This document shows, piece by piece, positions 1 to 8,146 of a stretch of 52,803 nucleotides of DNA. The first letter of the stretch is position 1. The number at the start of each line of letters is the position of its first letter. Source of the DNA: a virus (taxonomy: Duplodnaviria; Caudoviricetes). The DNA is taken from IMG/VR virus record IMGVR_UViG_3300036781_000147, positions 1 through 52,803 of that record; one strand, written 5' to 3'. The notes under the pieces were generated by a model. That model did not search any database, was not told the DNA's origin, and saw only the letters and a list, made by a program, of their open reading frames with translations. The position numbers were made by a program, and so were the translations under genes.

Positions 1-135
1 CGGGTTTTTGCCGTTCCCAAAACTGCTCCCAAAACTACCCCCGTGCCTTCCAAACCAGGACAGAAACGGACATCTTGAAGGGGGTCAGCGAGGGGTGGAT
101 AACGAGAAGGTAACGGTAGTGAGTTGTCGTCCTTG
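1..135. repeat. Partial right arm of junction palindrome (inverted repeat of 52598-52732)
   Basis: 1-135 is the reverse complement of 52598-52732 with one mismatch; 1-116 matches 28563-28678 with 4 substitutions. Confidence 0.97.
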
Positions 136-139
136 TTGG

Positions 140-168
140 TTGCACGGTCGCCCCCGGTTCTGTAGGTT
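140..168 (+). promoter_or_regulatory. Sigma70/HrdB-type promoter
   Basis: TTGCAC-N17-TAGGTT immediately outside the repeat arm, followed by GGGAGAG RBS and ATG 199. Confidence 0.7.
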
Positions 169-198
169 AATGGCAACACCAAGTGACAGGGAGAGAGC

Positions 199-435
199 AT
201 GCAGCAGACAAGGTTTAAGAAGTGGCGTTGCGTCTATGAGCCGGACCGGGTTGTCCTGTCGATCAGCCGGAAGAAGTGGGACTTCGAGATCGTTCGGAAT
301 CGTCGCTCCCCCATCTGGGTGGTCTACGGGCGCCAGACAGGGGAACTCATCGTCAATGAGTTGGCGGAGTCCGAGTTGGAAGCGAAGCGCATTGCGGAGC
401 GTGTCCTGCTCGCGGCCGGTAGGGACGGATCATGA
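199..435 (+). CDS. Hypothetical protein (small W-x-F family)
   Basis: ORF with strong RBS (AGGGAGAG); ATGA overlap with next gene. Confidence 0.8.
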   Translation: MQQTRFKKWRCVYEPDRVVLSISRKKWDFEIVRNRRSPIWVVYGRQTGELIVNELAESELEAKRIAERVLLAAGRDGS

Positions 436-669
436 AGTGGTCCAAGCCGTACTCGCCCAACGGAGTTGAGACCGTGTGCGAGGGCAAGGCGCCCGCGTGG
501 ACGTTCTGGGCGAAGCACGTTCCTGGGACCAGGGGGTGGACCCTCTGGTATGAGTCGACCATCCCCACCGTGGGTCTGCTCTGGTACGTCAAGGCGAAGA
601 ACTTCACTGAGGTGGAGCAGCTGGCCGACACAATGGTCCGCACGGGGGGAGGCTCCCGGCCGTGGATGA
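432..669 (+). CDS. Hypothetical protein; natural stop at 667-669 reached only if the G6 run at 644-649 is read as G5
   Basis: ATGA-coupled start; frame-0 continuation crosses a hairpin (702-727) and a TTA codon (741), so that stretch looks non-coding. Confidence 0.55.
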
Positions 670-791
670 ACTGGAAGCAACCGAGCGATGAAGCCCGTGT
701 GCCCCCGATGCGAACGTTGCGTCGGGGACACAGTCATGTGTTACGATGCTACCTAGAGTCAGAGATCACTTCTACCCCGAGAGGTATGGCC

Positions 792-1316
792 ATGGATGCC
801 ACGACTTACCTGGACGCCGTGAGTGTGGCGTCTGCCAATCTTCACCAAGAGGACGACCGGTTCACCCAGGCGACGGACAGGCTCCGCAGTCTCATCCTCG
901 CCGTGCGTCACGTCCCTGGTGTTGCCGTCCGTGAAATGGCTACGGCCATCGACCGGGACCGCAACTACATCGACTCCGTCACGTCCACCTACCAGGGCTC
1001 CCCTGCCGTCCTCCCTGAGCCTGAGGAGGGGCAGGACAAAGCACAGTACAAAGAACTACTCCTTGGCCTTCTGACGGCCGCGCAGACGGAACAGGATACC
1101 GCGTACGGAGAGGCGAAGATCGCCCGTGTGGTGAGGGACAGGGCCATCGTGGAAGCCTACAAGGCGGACGTCAGAGGTCGCCCCCTGGGCCCGTCCGCCA
1201 TCGGAGCGGCAGCGCACATCGACCGCAACCACGTCTCCCGGATCGTGAAGAACGCGGGCGTCAAGCCCCGCCACCGCTCGAACATCGCCAACCAGTACAG
1301 CCGTAAGGCAGCCTGA
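792..1316 (+). CDS. Putative DNA-binding regulator with two HTH-like repeats
   Basis: GAGGT RBS at 781-785; internal repeats VREMATAIDRDRNYI and PSAIGAAAHIDRNHVSRIV. Confidence 0.7.
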   Translation: MDATTYLDAVSVASANLHQEDDRFTQATDRLRSLILAVRHVPGVAVREMATAIDRDRNYIDSVTSTYQGSPAVLPEPEEGQDKAQYKELLLGLLTAAQTEQDTAYGEAKIARVVRDRAIVEAYKADVRGRPLGPSAIGAAAHIDRNHVSRIVKNAGVKPRHRSNIANQYSRKAA

Positions 1317-1903
1317 TGGGGGCCGCACCTTCCCTCCCTGCCGCACCGGTCGTCCACCCCCACCCCGTCCGGGTAGTGGGGGTGGACCCGTCTTTGACAT
1401 CCACGGGCGTGAGCGACGGGCGCCGCACTCAGGTCGTGTCCTCCGCGTACAAGGGCGAGGACCGACTCAACGATCTGGTCGACCAGCTGATCCCGTTCAT
1501 TGAGTCTGCCGACCTTGTGGTCATGGAGGCGCCCGCGTGGTCTCGTCAGGGACAGGCGCACCATGAGGACCTGACGGGGCTCAGGGTGATGCTCCGCTGC
1601 CTCATGACTCGTCGGCTGACCCCTTTCACCCTCGTCACCCCCAGCAACCTGAAGCGGGCTGTCACAGGCAACGGGTCGGCCGTCAAGCAGACGATGGTCG
1701 ACCACCTGGACCACATGTACGGGCTCGGGCTGTCGGAGTTCAAGGTGTCCCACGGACGCTACGACCGGGCCGACGCGCTGGGTCTGTCGGCCATGGGCTA
1801 CCAGGGACTGCACCAACCGTTGCAGCTGCTGCCCGACTCGCGTGGTCTATTGCAGTCGGCGGTCGACGTCGTGCAATGGCCAACCCTGGCAGTCCGAACC
1901 TGA
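1316..1903 (+). CDS. ruvC: RuvC-like Holliday junction resolvase
   Basis: VVGVDPSLTSTG, LVVMEAP, GNGSAVKQTM and DRADA acidic motifs. Confidence 0.9.
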   Translation: MGAAPSLPAAPVVHPHPVRVVGVDPSLTSTGVSDGRRTQVVSSAYKGEDRLNDLVDQLIPFIESADLVVMEAPAWSRQGQAHHEDLTGLRVMLRCLMTRRLTPFTLVTPSNLKRAVTGNGSAVKQTMVDHLDHMYGLGLSEFKVSHGRYDRADALGLSAMGYQGLHQPLQLLPDSRGLLQSAVDVVQWPTLAVRT

Positions 1904-1951
1904 CGGTCCCAGCGCTGGTCAGAGCCCGTTGCATGTCTGCAACGGGCTCTG

Positions 1952-1980
1952 TTGCGCCTACTGTGCAACTCATGTACAGT
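1952..1980 (+). promoter_or_regulatory. Promoter overlapping GTTGCG-N7-TGCAAC operator
   Basis: TTGCGC-N17-TACAGT. Confidence 0.65.
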
Positions 1981-2017
1981 CCTCTGTGTGGGGCCGACCG
2001 GTCCCGTAGGGAGAGAC

Positions 2018-2194
2018 ATGAACAAGATCGTTGTACTCACAAACGTGACCACCGTCGTCACGGTGACCCTGGCCATCCTCACGCTCTTCGGCATTCTGGT
2101 CCTGCCGACCCTGGTGTACGTGGCGTTCGTCCTCATCAGCACGGGCAACGTCATGCTGCAGCTCTCCGAGATTCAGCGAAGGAACAAGCAGTGA
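2018..2194 (+). CDS. Small membrane protein
   Basis: AGGGAGAG RBS; two hydrophobic segments. Confidence 0.7.
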   Translation: MNKIVVLTNVTTVVTVTLAILTLFGILVLPTLVYVAFVLISTGNVMLQLSEIQRRNKQ

Positions 2195-2385
2195 TGGGCG
2201 CCGTCGCTGGTCGCATCGCGGGCCGGACGATGGTCGTCCTCGGAGCGATGGCGGCGCTGCACACGGTGCCCCTTCCCTGGGTGCTCAGCTCCGGCGTGCC
2301 GAGCGGCATCTTCGTACTGCTGACCGTCAGGGCATGTGAGGTCGCCGATGAGCGAGCGGCGGAGGCGTCCCGTGTCGGTGCGTAG
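2194..2385 (+). CDS. Small membrane protein
   Basis: TGATG coupling; hydrophobic. Confidence 0.6.
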   Translation: MGAVAGRIAGRTMVVLGAMAALHTVPLPWVLSSGVPSGIFVLLTVRACEVADERAAEASRVGA

Positions 2386-2578
2386 CAAAGACGTCAGGAA
2401 GCTGCTCGCCACCCTGGAGGACCACGGCTGTACGGTCGTCCTGGGGCGGGGCAGCCACTACCGGGTGACGCGACCGGGCTACCCCAAACCGGTCTTCTTC
2501 TCGTCCACCCCGAGTGACCCGAGGGCGCTGGACAACATGATCAGCGATGCACGCAAGTACCTGGGCGTCCGCCTCTGA
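2378..2578 (+). CDS. HicA-like toxin (dsRBD-fold mRNA interferase family)
   Basis: KDVRKLL..LEDHG...GRGSHYRV...STPSD pattern, ~66 aa. Confidence 0.7.
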   Translation: MRSKDVRKLLATLEDHGCTVVLGRGSHYRVTRPGYPKPVFFSSTPSDPRALDNMISDARKYLGVRL

Positions 2579-2622
2579 TTCTCGTGATGCAGGGACCACT
2601 CGCGACACGGCTCACAAAGGAG

Positions 2623-2814
2623 ATGACCACGGCCATGACGGACCGGGAACGGATCATCAACGCCCTCCGCAACATCGCCCCGGGACATCCCACGGGCCGC
2701 ATCTGGGGCCGCTCCCGGGACGCGACGCCCCTTCAGGCGCAGGAGGGCAACGTCTGGGCAGGCGACGTGGAAGACCTCGCTGACCTGATTCTCTCCGCTC
2801 TCCATCCCGAGTGA
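2623..2814 (+). CDS. Hypothetical protein
   Basis: ORF with AAGGAG RBS; start uncertain (2623/2635). Confidence 0.6.
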   Translation: MTTAMTDRERIINALRNIAPGHPTGRIWGRSRDATPLQAQEGNVWAGDVEDLADLILSALHPE

Positions 2815-2867
2815 CTCGCGGGCAACAGCCCCTGCAACGGCTGACGCACAAACCGTTGCAGGGGCTG

Positions 2868-2896
2868 TTGCATAGGTGCAGCAACACGTGTACAGT
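2868..2896 (+). promoter_or_regulatory. Promoter overlapping GTTGCA-N7-AGCAAC operator, within a hairpin
   Basis: TTGCAT-N17-TACAGT; CCAACCAGGGAGAG leader follows. Confidence 0.7.
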
Positions 2897-2934
2897 CATC
2901 CTCGCCAGCACAGCCGACCAACCAGGGAGAGATC

Positions 2935-3252
2935 ATGCCGGGATACCGACCTGCCAACCGGGGCAACCGGACACCCAACCGGGTGGGCACCGTCGTCAGC
3001 CGCCGCCTGCGGGCGGCCGGGGTGAACGTCAGCCCCTCTGCCCGCAAGTACCGCTGCCCGGGGATCTTCGTGTCCACGATGGGCAGCTACACGAGCATCA
3101 TGATTGACCTTCTCAACGACGCTCAGAACGACGCTGCGGCGGATGACATCCTGTCCGTGATCCGCGACATGGTCCAGGTGGTTGACCCTTACCTGTCCGG
3201 CCGGGAGAACAGCGGGGACCCGCTGTACGTACGGTTCGACTACAAGGTCTGA
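2935..3252 (+). CDS. Hypothetical protein
   Basis: Strong RBS, own promoter. Confidence 0.75.
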   Translation: MPGYRPANRGNRTPNRVGTVVSRRLRAAGVNVSPSARKYRCPGIFVSTMGSYTSIMIDLLNDAQNDAAADDILSVIRDMVQVVDPYLSGRENSGDPLYVRFDYKV

Positions 3253-3351
3253 GACAGTGCGCCACCCCGCCGTCCCTGACGGACCATCCGTTGCAGGGGC
3301 TGTTGCATGCAACGGCTGCAACAGCCTGGTTGAAATGCTTGGTGCAAGGTC

Positions 3352-3381
3352 TTGCATCACCAATGCATCTGTGGGTATGAT
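3352..3381 (+). promoter_or_regulatory. Promoter for the spd/tra-like genes
   Basis: TTGCAT-N18-TATGAT with TTGCA-N7-TGCAT. Confidence 0.6.
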
Positions 3382-3459
3382 GCTTATGCAGCACAGGGGG
3401 AGTGGCCCGGCGGATCAGACCCTGACCACTCCCCACCAAACGAGAGAGGATACGACGTC

Positions 3460-3795
3460 ATGGCGAACGGCAACAGCAAGTCGGTGAACCTGAGCACGCG
3501 GGGCACGATGGCTGTTGCAGCCGTTGCGGCGTCCCTCGTCGTGATCGGCAGCCTGGGTCACCCGGTCTCTGCGGTCGGCCTCGCTGCGGCCCTGTTCTAC
3601 CTGATTCACAAGGGCCACGTAACCGGCTCCCGTCGTCGCAGCACTCGCAAGAACGGCAAGGTCCTTTGGGTCCTCGGATGGTCCATGGTCGCTGCTGCAC
3701 CTCTGCTGGCCACCAACGGATGGGCCAACCCGATCATCGGCCTCGCCATTGCGGCGAGTCTCGCAACGGTCCTGCTGATGACCCGCAACGTGTGA
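3460..3795 (+). CDS. Small 4-TM membrane protein, Spd (spread)-like
   Basis: Four hydrophobic helices with a basic loop; directly upstream of the conjugal transfer membrane protein. Confidence 0.65.
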   Translation: MANGNSKSVNLSTRGTMAVAAVAASLVVIGSLGHPVSAVGLAAALFYLIHKGHVTGSRRRSTRKNGKVLWVLGWSMVAAAPLLATNGWANPIIGLAIAASLATVLLMTRNV

Positions 3796-3853
3796 CTGCA
3801 ACACCCGACGCACCATCCCGCAACACCACATCTGACCTGGGAAGGAACCTGCA

Positions 3854-4846
3854 ATGGACCGAACCGACACGATGGGCAAGGGACAGATTTTCGTTCTTGC
3901 CGTCGCCACGATCCCGATGGCGGCCGTGGGCATCGCAGGTGCCTGGGCCACCTACCACAACCTCAACGGCGTTCTGCACAACGCGGCGTCGTCCATGGGC
4001 CTCGTCGCTGCTGGTGAAGGTGCCACCTTCATCTGTGCCCTGGTGGCCCTCTCCCTCACCCTGATGGGCCAGCACACGCCAACCGTGGTGCGCTCCGCCC
4101 TGTGGCTCCTGCCCATGCTGGCGGCAGGGGTCGGCGTCGTTCTCGCCCCCGACACAAACCACGTGGTCATCATGGGTGTCACTCCCATGGCCATGACTGC
4201 GGCGGGTGAGGGCGCCGCTCTCGTCGCCCGCCGGGTAGTCGCTTACCGAACCGGTGTCGACCTTGAGCAGATGCGTCGTACGGGCCTTCTGGTCTGGCAT
4301 GCCAACCGGGCACAGAACGGCAACTCCCTGGCCCGCCTCGTCTCCCGCCTCGCCGTGTGGCGGATCACCAAGGCTGTGGCCAGCACGGATGCGTCTCTCG
4401 TTGCTCAGGTCCGGGACACCGCCGTATTCCGCATCCACGAGAGCGCGGACGTGAACCTGTCCGCGATCCTGGGTGGAACGGCTCGTGGCCCCAAGGAGCT
4501 GTCTGCACGGGCCGCTGAGAGCCTCGCGTCCCTTCCCCCGGCTCCTGTAGCCACCCCGACTGCTGAGGCCGTCACAGAGCCGCTCACGGCTTCCGACGAC
4601 GAGCCGGAGGACGACGGCTACAGCTTCATCACCGACGTGCTGGGCGAGGCTGCCGACAACATCGAGTCAGACCCAGACCCCATCCTCCTCACCGCGAGCG
4701 AGGCGGCTGCCCAGAAGGGTGTCTCGGTCAACACGATCCGCTCGTGGAAGAGTCGGGGTCAGCTGGTGGAGCACAGCAAGGACGCGAACGGGCGCTCCCT
4801 GTTCACCGCGTTCGCCGTCTCCGCCGCCCCGACCAAGGACAGCTGA
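3854..4846 (+). CDS. Streptomyces plasmid-type conjugal transfer/spread membrane protein (SpdB/TraA-like) with C-terminal HTH
   Basis: N-terminal TMs with AAGEGAT, LTLMGQHTP, TPMAMTAAGEG..VARRVV motifs recalled from Streptomyces plasmid transfer proteins; C-terminal LTASEAAAQKGVSVNTIRSWKSRG HTH. Confidence 0.75.
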   Translation: MDRTDTMGKGQIFVLAVATIPMAAVGIAGAWATYHNLNGVLHNAASSMGLVAAGEGATFICALVALSLTLMGQHTPTVVRSALWLLPMLAAGVGVVLAPDTNHVVIMGVTPMAMTAAGEGAALVARRVVAYRTGVDLEQMRRTGLLVWHANRAQNGNSLARLVSRLAVWRITKAVASTDASLVAQVRDTAVFRIHESADVNLSAILGGTARGPKELSARAAESLASLPPAPVATPTAEAVTEPLTASDDEPEDDGYSFITDVLGEAADNIESDPDPILLTASEAAAQKGVSVNTIRSWKSRGQLVEHSKDANGRSLFTAFAVSAAPTKDS

Positions 4847-4887
4847 GCGGGAGCGAGGGGCCCGGCCGCTTCGGTGGCTGGGCCCCT

Positions 4888-4916
4888 TTGCATGTGGTCT
4901 GCAACTCGACTACAGT
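4888..4916 (+). promoter_or_regulatory. Promoter overlapping TTGCA-N7-TGCAAC operator
   Basis: TTGCAT-N17-TACAGT; CCAACCAGGGAGAG leader. Confidence 0.7.
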
Positions 4917-4945
4917 AGGTCTCACCAGCCAACCAGGGAGAGCTC

Positions 4946-5119
4946 ATGTACGTGATCGTGAACCAGGTCAACGGAGTGACGGCCTGGGGGCCGTACGACA
5001 ACGAGGATGACGCGTAGCGCCAGTTCGACCGGATGGGCTTGGACGATCTGGACTACGACGTGCAGGATGCGTGCTCCCGCCACCCGGACATGCCCCGCTC
5101 GAACTGTCCTCACCATTGA
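4946..5119 (+). pseudogene. Small gene interrupted by in-frame TAG (5015-5017)
   Basis: MYVIVNQVNGVTAWGPYDNEDDA*RQFDRMGLDDLDYDVQDACSRHPDMPRSNCPHH*; own promoter, RBS and downstream hairpin. Confidence 0.6.
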
Positions 5120-5135
5120 TCTACACAGAGTGATC

Positions 5136-5165
5136 GCAACCCCCGTGCTTAGGTGCGGGGGTTGC
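5136..5165 (+). terminator. Intrinsic terminator-like hairpin
   Basis: GCAACCCCCG...CGGGGGTTGC stem followed by TT. Confidence 0.6.
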
Positions 5166-5212
5166 TTCCGTTCCACCCCCGCGTACCCGACCCTGTACGA
5201 GGGAGATCACTT

Positions 5213-5328
5213 GTGGACGGCAGAGCCCCCTTCCGACCCCCGTCCACTGGCTGAGAATGTGGATCAAGTAGGGCGAAGTGGACGCACGTCAACCCCTCTG
5301 GACGAGCAATGGACGATCTCTGTGGACG
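5213..5328. repeat. (G)TGGACG short-repeat cluster upstream of traB (candidate clt or operator)
   Basis: Copies at 5213, 5241 (rc), 5278, 5298, 5309, 5322 plus variants at 5259 and 5287 (rc). Confidence 0.65.
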
Positions 5329-5407
5329 GGGTTCCCGACATGGTATGATGATGTTGCACCGTATGTATCACTCACAGCCGACGACCACTCACAGTGAGGA
5401 GAAGGAC

Positions 5408-7450
5408 GTGCCGGACAACGACACCATCCATCTGATCACCACCTTGCCCATCAACGAGCCAGACGTCCCGCCCCCGTCCATGGGCGAGCGAGGCCGCGCC
5501 GTAGCCGACCGCGTCCGCACCGCGCTGGACACGGCAGGCCTGCCGTTCGTCTTCCTGGCTGAGCCGTGGAAGCGGAAGAGCGACCGCAGGAAGTCTCTCC
5601 GCACCTCCGCCAACCGGGACGCCATGAGGGAGGCGAACATCGCTCTACGGGCCGCTCACGCACAGCTGCGCAACGACCAGGCGGCGCACGAGCGTGCCGC
5701 CCGCGATTCCGAGCGGGGCAAGAACCTGCCCAAGTGGTTCGACCAGGGGGTCCTGAACAACGGCCTCCTCAACCGCGAGCGTGCGTCAGCCCGACGAGTG
5801 GTCCGGGACAGCCGGGCCCTGGTGAAGGACGCGGAACAGGACGCCCGCGCCGCGAGGAAGAACTACCCGCAGACGCTGCGCCGTCTCGCAACGAAGATCC
5901 ACCTGTCCGCGTTCGCCACCTCGTCGGTGATCGACCTCGTCTCGGGTGGATCACCGCTGGGCCACGCTCTCGTTGCAGGGTCTGTTGCAGCCATTGCATG
6001 CAACACTATTGCGGTCCCGCTCGGTCTGCGTCACCTCCGCAATGCAACAGAGCCTGCAATGCCTGCAACAGAGCCCGACGTGTTGCAGCCGACGCAGGAG
6101 GAAGCCGAGCTGTTGCAGCGGCTGGAGCCGCTCACGTTCGCCTCCCTGGCGGAGGAGAGGAACATGGCCGACGTCGTCTGTGCCGGGGGCAACCTCACCG
6201 ACTCCGGGATTCAGGCAAAGCTGACATTGCAGGGGACGATGGACCTCGCGACGCTGAAGCGCCGCGAAGCTCACCTGCGTGCCGTACTGCGGCTCAAAGA
6301 GGGGACCCGGCTGGAGCTGAGAGACGGGTCCACCGGTGGTCACGCACGGCTCACCCTGCGGACCCGCTCCAAGTCGGACAGCGTGACTCTCACTGGGTGG
6401 CAGCCGGGCGACGCGTGGGGGGTCAACACGGTCACAGGTGAGTCGTTCTCCGTGCTACTCGATCGGCACATGTTGATCGCCGGGACGACTGGGTCCGGAA
6501 AGTCGTGGTCCGCTCGCCCTCTCATGGCGGAAGCGAGTGCCCGTGACGATCACCGTCTGATCGTCCTCGACATGAAGCGGATTGAGGCACGGTTGTGGTC
6601 CCACCGGGCCCGTATCGCCATCACCGCTGAGGAGATTGACGAGGTACTGGCGGAGCTGGTGGACGAGATGTACGAGCGGCTGGACTTGATCCCGCGCGGT
6701 CGTGACACAGTGGAGATCTCTCCGGCCATGCCTCGGATCATTGTGTTCGTGGACGAGGGTGGCGAGCTGATCTCTGAGTCGAAGCGGGCCCGCTACGACG
6801 AGGAGGGCAAGGCGTACAAGATGACTTCTATCTTGGAGAGTCTGATCACTCTCTCTCGCCTCGCTCGTGCGGCGGGTATTGTTCTCATCTGGGCGACCCA
6901 GAAACCGTCCCTATCCGGCAGCACTCCGGGACTGGACACTTCGATCAGTCCGAACCTCACCCGCCGGGTGGGGCTCACGACGGACAACGAAACGGAGTCG
7001 AGCGTCGTCTTCTCTCCCGAGATGGTCAGCAACGGGTGGAAGGCCCACCAGCTTCCGCTGCATGGGTGGGCTCTGATCAAGGACGACGTGACCTCCCGGC
7101 CGGACCGGTGCCGTCTGCGGGCCATCAGCCCTCAGCAAGTCGTGGACCTGCCCGCCGGGCAGGAGTGGCACCGTGACAGCGGGCGCCCCAGCGACCCGTG
7201 GGGCCACGGGTCGGCGACGGACATCGAAGCTCGGCAGGCGATCGAAGATCCTCAGCCGGTACGTATGTCCGCTGAGGAGCGGGACAAGCAGGTGTACGTG
7301 GCACTGGTGGCTGACCCGTGCGTCTCGCTCTCGTCTCTGGCCAAGCAGTTGGGGACGGGGAAGTCCACGATCTCCAACGCGCTGTCCCGTCTGGAAGCCG
7401 GGGGACTGGTGACTAAGGACGCTGACGACTGCTGGAACCCGGTCGGCTGA
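5408..7450 (+). CDS. traB: TraB-like FtsK/SpoIIIE conjugative DNA translocase
   Basis: Two N-terminal TM segments, HMLIAGTTGSGKS Walker A, IIVFVDEGGE Walker B, LARAAGIVLIWATQKP, C-terminal winged helix (SLSSLAKQLGTGKSTISNALSRLEAGGLV). Confidence 0.9.
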   Translation: MPDNDTIHLITTLPINEPDVPPPSMGERGRAVADRVRTALDTAGLPFVFLAEPWKRKSDRRKSLRTSANRDAMREANIALRAAHAQLRNDQAAHERAARDSERGKNLPKWFDQGVLNNGLLNRERASARRVVRDSRALVKDAEQDARAARKNYPQTLRRLATKIHLSAFATSSVIDLVSGGSPLGHALVAGSVAAIACNTIAVPLGLRHLRNATEPAMPATEPDVLQPTQEEAELLQRLEPLTFASLAEERNMADVVCAGGNLTDSGIQAKLTLQGTMDLATLKRREAHLRAVLRLKEGTRLELRDGSTGGHARLTLRTRSKSDSVTLTGWQPGDAWGVNTVTGESFSVLLDRHMLIAGTTGSGKSWSARPLMAEASARDDHRLIVLDMKRIEARLWSHRARIAITAEEIDEVLAELVDEMYERLDLIPRGRDTVEISPAMPRIIVFVDEGGELISESKRARYDEEGKAYKMTSILESLITLSRLARAAGIVLIWATQKPSLSGSTPGLDTSISPNLTRRVGLTTDNETESSVVFSPEMVSNGWKAHQLPLHGWALIKDDVTSRPDRCRLRAISPQQVVDLPAGQEWHRDSGRPSDPWGHGSATDIEARQAIEDPQPVRMSAEERDKQVYVALVADPCVSLSSLAKQLGTGKSTISNALSRLEAGGLVTKDADDCWNPVG

Positions 7451-7461
7451 CCGCCCCCCGA

Positions 7462-7508
7462 CAGAGCCCCGTGCAGAGGTTGCACGGGGCTCTGCTCTGT
7501 GCCATACT
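7462..7508 (+). promoter_or_regulatory. Combined terminator hairpin / promoter
   Basis: 14-bp stem with GAGGT loop; TTGCAC-N17-CATACT. Confidence 0.7.
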
Positions 7509-7542
7509 CGTGATGCACCGAACACCAAGGAATCGAGGGGAC

Positions 7543-7734
7543 ATGGCAACAGGGAAGTACGCAATCGGGGACGTCGTCCAGCACGTCCTGTCACTGCGCA
7601 TCGGAACGATCGAGGAGGTGGCCGACGATCGGTTTGACACCTACGGAGTCAGCTTCGCTGACGGCGTCCGGCAGATACAGCCCATTAACCTCGTGCTGGT
7701 CATGCGGGCCAAGGAGGCGAATGAGTGTGGCTGA
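7543..7734 (+). CDS. Small SH3/KOW-like hypothetical protein
   Basis: YAIGDVVQH...IGTIEEV...YGVSF pattern; GAGGGG RBS. Confidence 0.7.
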   Translation: MATGKYAIGDVVQHVLSLRIGTIEEVADDRFDTYGVSFADGVRQIQPINLVLVMRAKEANECG

Positions 7735-8137
7735 GTACCGCAACTCACGGCGAGACATCAAGCGGATGCTGTCCGAGGTCAAGGACGGTGACGAGGTGTG
7801 GGTGATTCGTCGCAACAAGATCACTTACCCGGGCGCCCCGCATCAGTACGCGTGGGGGTACGACGTCAAGGAACTGAGAAGCTTCGGTGGCTACAAGCTG
7901 TACGTCGACCACACCCTCACGCTGGAAGCTCTGCTCACCGAGTGCGGCACGATCTACACCTCCAAGCCTGCGGGCGTCTGGGACATCTCCGAGCCTCTGC
8001 CCAACGTGGCCGACCCGAACGAGGGCCACAAGGGCGCCCGTCAGCTGAACGACCGGGAGCTGGACCGCCTGGGCCGCGAGGAGAAGCGCATACGCGAGGA
8101 GCGGCGCAACCAGCGTCGCGGGTTCCGCCGGATCTAG
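7721..8137 (+). CDS. Hypothetical protein
   Basis: AAGGAGG RBS; GC3-biased ORF. Confidence 0.75.
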   Translation: MSVAEYRNSRRDIKRMLSEVKDGDEVWVIRRNKITYPGAPHQYAWGYDVKELRSFGGYKLYVDHTLTLEALLTECGTIYTSKPAGVWDISEPLPNVADPNEGHKGARQLNDRELDRLGREEKRIREERRNQRRGFRRI

Positions 8138-8146
8138 GGAGAGATC

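Noticed and set aside
1-135. Streptomyces linear-replicon telomere / terminal-protein TIR
   Set aside because: No archetypal CCCGCGG end or tpg/tap genes; ends are unequal in length and the same arm exists internally, favouring a broken circle
8-469. 153-aa ORF and its look-alike N-terminal extension at 28438-28734
   Set aside because: Both are translations of the palindrome arm; no RBS or codon bias. Real genes start at 199 and 28735
5015-5017. Genome-wide TAG reassignment
   Set aside because: Many clear genes end in TAG (8137, 11589, 25353, 26613, 29115) and no suppressor tRNA was seen
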